Of a stretch of DNA of 41,425 nucleotides, positions 37,855 to 41,425 are shown piece after piece (the first letter of the stretch is position 1; every line of letters begins with the position of its first letter). The translations under genes were made by a program, and so were the position numbers. The notes under the pieces were generated by a model that was not told the DNA's origin, ran no database searches, and saw only the letters and a program-made list of their open reading frames with translations. This DNA is from Bacteroidetes bacterium CG2_30_32_10 (lineage in GTDB: Bacteria > Bacteroidota > Bacteroidia > Bacteroidales > CG2-30-32-10), in NCBI GenBank assembly GCA_001872995.1, contig MNXO01000053.1, forward strand, positions 1 through 41,425. Direction: 5' to 3'.

Positions 37855-38451
37855 ATGATGCTATTATCTTACTTTACCAAAGATTTAATAGAAGCAGGTT
37901 GCGATGAGGCAGGCAGAGGATGTTTGGCAGGTCCTGTTTTTGCTGCTGCGGTTATTTTACCTAAGGACTATGAAAACAAATTTCTTAATGATTCAAAAAA
38001 ACTAAGCGATAAACAACGCAGAACACTTCGCCCAATTATAGAGAAAGATGCCATTGCTTGGGCAGTTGCTACTATTGACAATGAAGAGATTGACCAAATA
38101 AATATTTTAAATGCTTCCATAAAAGCCATGCAGCAAGCAGTTTCGCAATTAACTACCAAACCTCAATTATTATTAATTGACGGCAATCGTTTTAAAAAGT
38201 ATAAGGATATTCCTCATCAATGCATTATAAGAGGAGATTCTATTTATCTTTCTATTGCTGCAGCTTCTATATTAGCAAAAACCTATAGAGATGATTTTAT
38301 GATAAGCATACATAAACAATATCCTGATTACAATTGGGCACAAAACAAAGGTTATCCAACAAAAGCCCATCGATTAGCTATTCAGAAAATTGGTATTTGC
38401 CCGTTTCATAGAAAAACATTCAATATATCCCAACAATTAGCATTGTTTTAA
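37855..38451 (+). CDS. rnhB: Ribonuclease HII
   Basis: Active-site block GCDEAGRGCLAGPVFAAAV, DSKKLS, and SIAAASILAK. 198 aa. Confidence 0.95.
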   Translation: MMLLSYFTKDLIEAGCDEAGRGCLAGPVFAAAVILPKDYENKFLNDSKKLSDKQRRTLRPIIEKDAIAWAVATIDNEEIDQINILNASIKAMQQAVSQLTTKPQLLLIDGNRFKKYKDIPHQCIIRGDSIYLSIAAASILAKTYRDDFMISIHKQYPDYNWAQNKGYPTKAHRLAIQKIGICPFHRKTFNISQQLALF

Positions 38452-38504
38452 AGAAAAAACACTCATTTGTCAAATAATCATTTTAATATTTAATCTATAT
38501 TGTT

Positions 38505-38512
38505 TAATTTTG
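38505..38512 (+). promoter_or_regulatory. Candidate -7 box (TAATTTTG) for the 921-aa membrane-anchored protein gene
   Basis: TAnnTTTG match 54 nt upstream of ATG 38566. Confidence 0.35.
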
Positions 38513-38565
38513 GCATTTAAGAGATTAAACATATAGTTGATACGCTAAAATAATTACTAATTTTA

Positions 38566-41331
38566 ATGAAAATTAAGTTTAACAAATCTGTTGTCATTAA
38601 AATATTTATTATTGTCCTATCCATCATTGGATTTATTTTTATTTCTATTTGGGCTTATCGCCAATACAAAGAGTTTAAAGAACCGCTTCTACCTGCCATC
38701 AATGCCATACCTGACAATACTGTTTTTTTTGTAGAAATAAAAAACTATAATGAACTTTGGAGTAAGCTCAATCAACCTTATTCTATTTGGAAAAAACTCA
38801 CAGAAATACCTTCGTTCAATCAAATCAATAAACAAATTGTTTTTCTAGATTCTTTGATTAAAACAAATCCGGAAATTAATAATATACTTAATTCGCAGCC
38901 TGTTTTAATGGCAATAACATTTAACAGCATTAATGAATTCAATACTATATTTTTGGTAAACTATTCTAAAAAACAACAAACTAAGACAATCATACAGTTT
39001 ATTGGCAATTTTAAACAAAATGACTACCAAATAAATGATTTAACTAAAGATGAAATTCCCTTATTCAAATTAGCAACAAAAAAAACAAACAAAGCTATTT
39101 ATTACAGCTTATTTAAAGGCGTTTTTATTGTAGGACAAAGCAAAAGTGAAGTTCTTGCATCTGTTTTAAAATTAAATAGCAATGAACCACTTACCAAAAA
39201 GGAAGCTTACAATAAAATATATAATACGGCAGGGAAAAATGTGGAAGCTAATTTTTATTTAAACCTACAATTTGCTCAAATACTTCTAAAAAATTTATTG
39301 AATAAAGAATATTCATTGTTAACACAACTAAAAACCATCAACAATGGATGGATGACTTTAGATATAAAGATGAAAGAAAATATTTTTCTTTTAAATGGGT
39401 TTACAAACAACACAGATACTGTTGCTAACATATTAAACCTATTTAAAAACGAAGAGCCTCAAACAATAAATGTTACCAATATACTACCAGATAATACTTC
39501 TATGTATTTATTATTTGGATACAAAGATTTTAGTAAATTCGGTACAAGTTTAACAGGTTTAAACAATAATAAAATCAACGAAAGTAAAGTTAATAATATA
39601 AATAAGCATTTTGATATAGAAATAGAAAAGTACTTTAAATATTGGATTGGCAAAGAAATCGTTATGTTTTCTACTCATAATGTCAACAAGGACGATGAAA
39701 TTTTTAATTATTTAGCCATAAATACCATTGATAAAAATATAACATCAGAGAAATTAGATGAACTTGCCGAAAAAACTACTGATAAATCAAATTTAAATAT
39801 TGAAAGTGCTATTTATAAAGGATATAAAATCAATTTTGTTAATATTCCTGATTTATTGCCCCTGTTTTTTGGTTTTATGGCTGATAATATCAAACAAAAT
39901 TACTTTACCATCATAGATAGCTACGTAGTGTTTGGCAACTCAACCGAAGCACTTCAACAGCTCATCAATAAATCATTATTGCGACAAACATTAATTAAGA
40001 ACACTACTTATAATTCATTTGCAGAAAACATATCAGACAAAGCATCCATTTATCTATATGTTAATGTTCCTAAATATCTGATCCAATTATCTAACATTGT
40101 AAATCCAAAATATAGAGCTACCATTGAACACAACTATAAAATATTTGAGCAATTTCAATCCTTCGCTTTACAGATAACTCCAGAAAATAATCTTTATTAC
40201 AATACAATTTGCATAGACTATAAGACTATTTCATTAAATAAACCCACAAATATACTTTGGCAATTAGATTTAGATACAACAATTAACAGCAAACCCATTG
40301 TAGTAAAAAACTTTTCCAATAAATCGAACGAAATACTTATATCCGATGCTGCTAACAAATTATATTTGATTGATAAAAATGGGAAAATACTTTGGAAAAG
40401 AGCAATTAACGAGAGGATTATGAGCAATATATATCAAATAGATTTTTATCGAAATGGCAAACTCCAATTTCTATTTAATACTGAAAACCATATATACCTA
40501 ATAGACCATAATGCAAAGGATGTTGAAGATTTTCCAATTAAATTGAAATCCAAAGCAACAAACGGAATGCTGGCGGTTTATTATCCTGACCTTTCGGATT
40601 ATAGAATATATCTGGCATGCGAAAATAAAAAAATAATTTGCCTTTCAAAAAGTGCCTCTTTAGTGGATGGATGGCAATTTAAAAATACAGAAAACATTGT
40701 TAGCAAGCCTATACAACATTTTATTATTAATAATTCAGATTACCTTACAATAACTGATAACATCGGAAAGATATATATTATTGACAGAAAAGGCATATCA
40801 AAAATTGAACTTAACAAAAGCACTGTTATTTCAGATAAAAACAATATTATATTAAGTAGAACCAATAACAATAAAGAAACGTCATTGGTGTTTACTAACA
40901 AAATAGGTGAAATCATTTCTATTCAAATTCCTAATGGCAAGGTAACTACCTTAAAAATTGACGAGTTTTCTCCAAACCATTACTTTTTATACGCTGATAT
41001 CAATAACGATAAAAAGAAAGAGTACCTATTTGTTGACAATACCAAGCTCAAAATTTATAATTGGGCTCAAAAACTAATATATAATTATCAATTTATTAAT
41101 CCAATTACTTCAATTCCTTTGTTGATTGACCAGAATGAACAATTACTTAAATTTGGAATCACTGACAATAAAACCTCGCAATTATTATTATTTTCATACT
41201 CAAATAGTACATTTAATCTAAAAGAAACATTACCTTGTTCAAATTTCTTTACAACAACTTTACTTATAGACAACAACCAATTAAATATTATTACAATATC
41301 TGATAAAACAATCTACAATTATGCTGATTAA
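38566..41331 (+). CDS. Large N-terminally membrane-anchored protein of unknown function; C-terminal third looks like a degenerate beta-propeller
   Basis: 921-aa ORF with one N-terminal TM (VVIKIFIIVLSIIGFIFISIWAY). From ~aa 560 there are recurring blade-like units (KLYLIDKNGKILWK, HIYLIDHNAKDVEDFP, KIICLSKSASLVDGW, KIYIIDRKGISK, GEIISIQIPNGKV, KLKIYNWAQKLIYNY). The N-terminal part may be DUF3352-like, from memory and unverified. Confidence 0.7.
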   Translation: MKIKFNKSVVIKIFIIVLSIIGFIFISIWAYRQYKEFKEPLLPAINAIPDNTVFFVEIKNYNELWSKLNQPYSIWKKLTEIPSFNQINKQIVFLDSLIKTNPEINNILNSQPVLMAITFNSINEFNTIFLVNYSKKQQTKTIIQFIGNFKQNDYQINDLTKDEIPLFKLATKKTNKAIYYSLFKGVFIVGQSKSEVLASVLKLNSNEPLTKKEAYNKIYNTAGKNVEANFYLNLQFAQILLKNLLNKEYSLLTQLKTINNGWMTLDIKMKENIFLLNGFTNNTDTVANILNLFKNEEPQTINVTNILPDNTSMYLLFGYKDFSKFGTSLTGLNNNKINESKVNNINKHFDIEIEKYFKYWIGKEIVMFSTHNVNKDDEIFNYLAINTIDKNITSEKLDELAEKTTDKSNLNIESAIYKGYKINFVNIPDLLPLFFGFMADNIKQNYFTIIDSYVVFGNSTEALQQLINKSLLRQTLIKNTTYNSFAENISDKASIYLYVNVPKYLIQLSNIVNPKYRATIEHNYKIFEQFQSFALQITPENNLYYNTICIDYKTISLNKPTNILWQLDLDTTINSKPIVVKNFSNKSNEILISDAANKLYLIDKNGKILWKRAINERIMSNIYQIDFYRNGKLQFLFNTENHIYLIDHNAKDVEDFPIKLKSKATNGMLAVYYPDLSDYRIYLACENKKIICLSKSASLVDGWQFKNTENIVSKPIQHFIINNSDYLTITDNIGKIYIIDRKGISKIELNKSTVISDKNNIILSRTNNNKETSLVFTNKIGEIISIQIPNGKVTTLKIDEFSPNHYFLYADINNDKKKEYLFVDNTKLKIYNWAQKLIYNYQFINPITSIPLLIDQNEQLLKFGITDNKTSQLLLFSYSNSTFNLKETLPCSNFFTTTLLIDNNQLNIITISDKTIYNYAD

Positions 41332-41425
41332 TAATCATCAAATAATTAATAATTCATTTATTCTAAAAAAAGTATTTTTTATCTTTTGAAATTAAAAAAT
41401 TAACTATATTTTTGATAATTATTTT

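Overview
The window is a visibly AT-rich chromosomal segment with clear Bacteroidota hallmarks. It has two T9SS C-terminal sorting domains, a CarboxypepD_reg-type TonB-dependent receptor, TAnnTTTG-type -7 promoter boxes, A-rich Shine-Dalgarno-free start contexts, and many Cys-lipoprotein signals. I support about 31 protein-coding genes. One block lies on the minus strand (1006-14629). After a divergent 322-bp spacer, the rest lie almost entirely on the plus strand.

Most genes are housekeeping: ribD, glpK, tdk, polyprenyl synthase, prfB, fumC, tcdA, mutS2 and rnhB. Interspersed are envelope and secreted proteins: OmpA-family, MltF-like, a GH3/beta-lactamase-fold fusion, a C69 dipeptidase, an M49-like lipoprotein, a MORN-repeat protein and T9SS cargo. 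Two signalling proteins are also present, a TPR class III adenylate cyclase and a stand-alone PAS protein.

I see no rRNA or tRNA genes, CRISPR arrays, transposases, integrases, phage genes or recognisable defence genes. I did not find a convincing new multi-gene system, and the window looks like core genome. The points most worth a second look are:
- the prfB +1 programmed frameshift, which the ORF track truncates;
- a T9SS cargo gene whose ATG and signal-peptide n-region are 1 nt out of frame across homopolymer tracts;
- a train of hairpins at 32321-32451, including a 22/23-bp inverted repeat;
- a 440-bp spacer after mutS2 holding three abutting families of short tandem repeats;
- a secreted NagZ-like/beta-lactamase-fold fusion heading a tightly packed cluster with a TPR adenylate cyclase;
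- a TonB-dependent receptor paired with a four-repeat lipoprotein.

All product calls come from motif recognition by eye. No database search was run.
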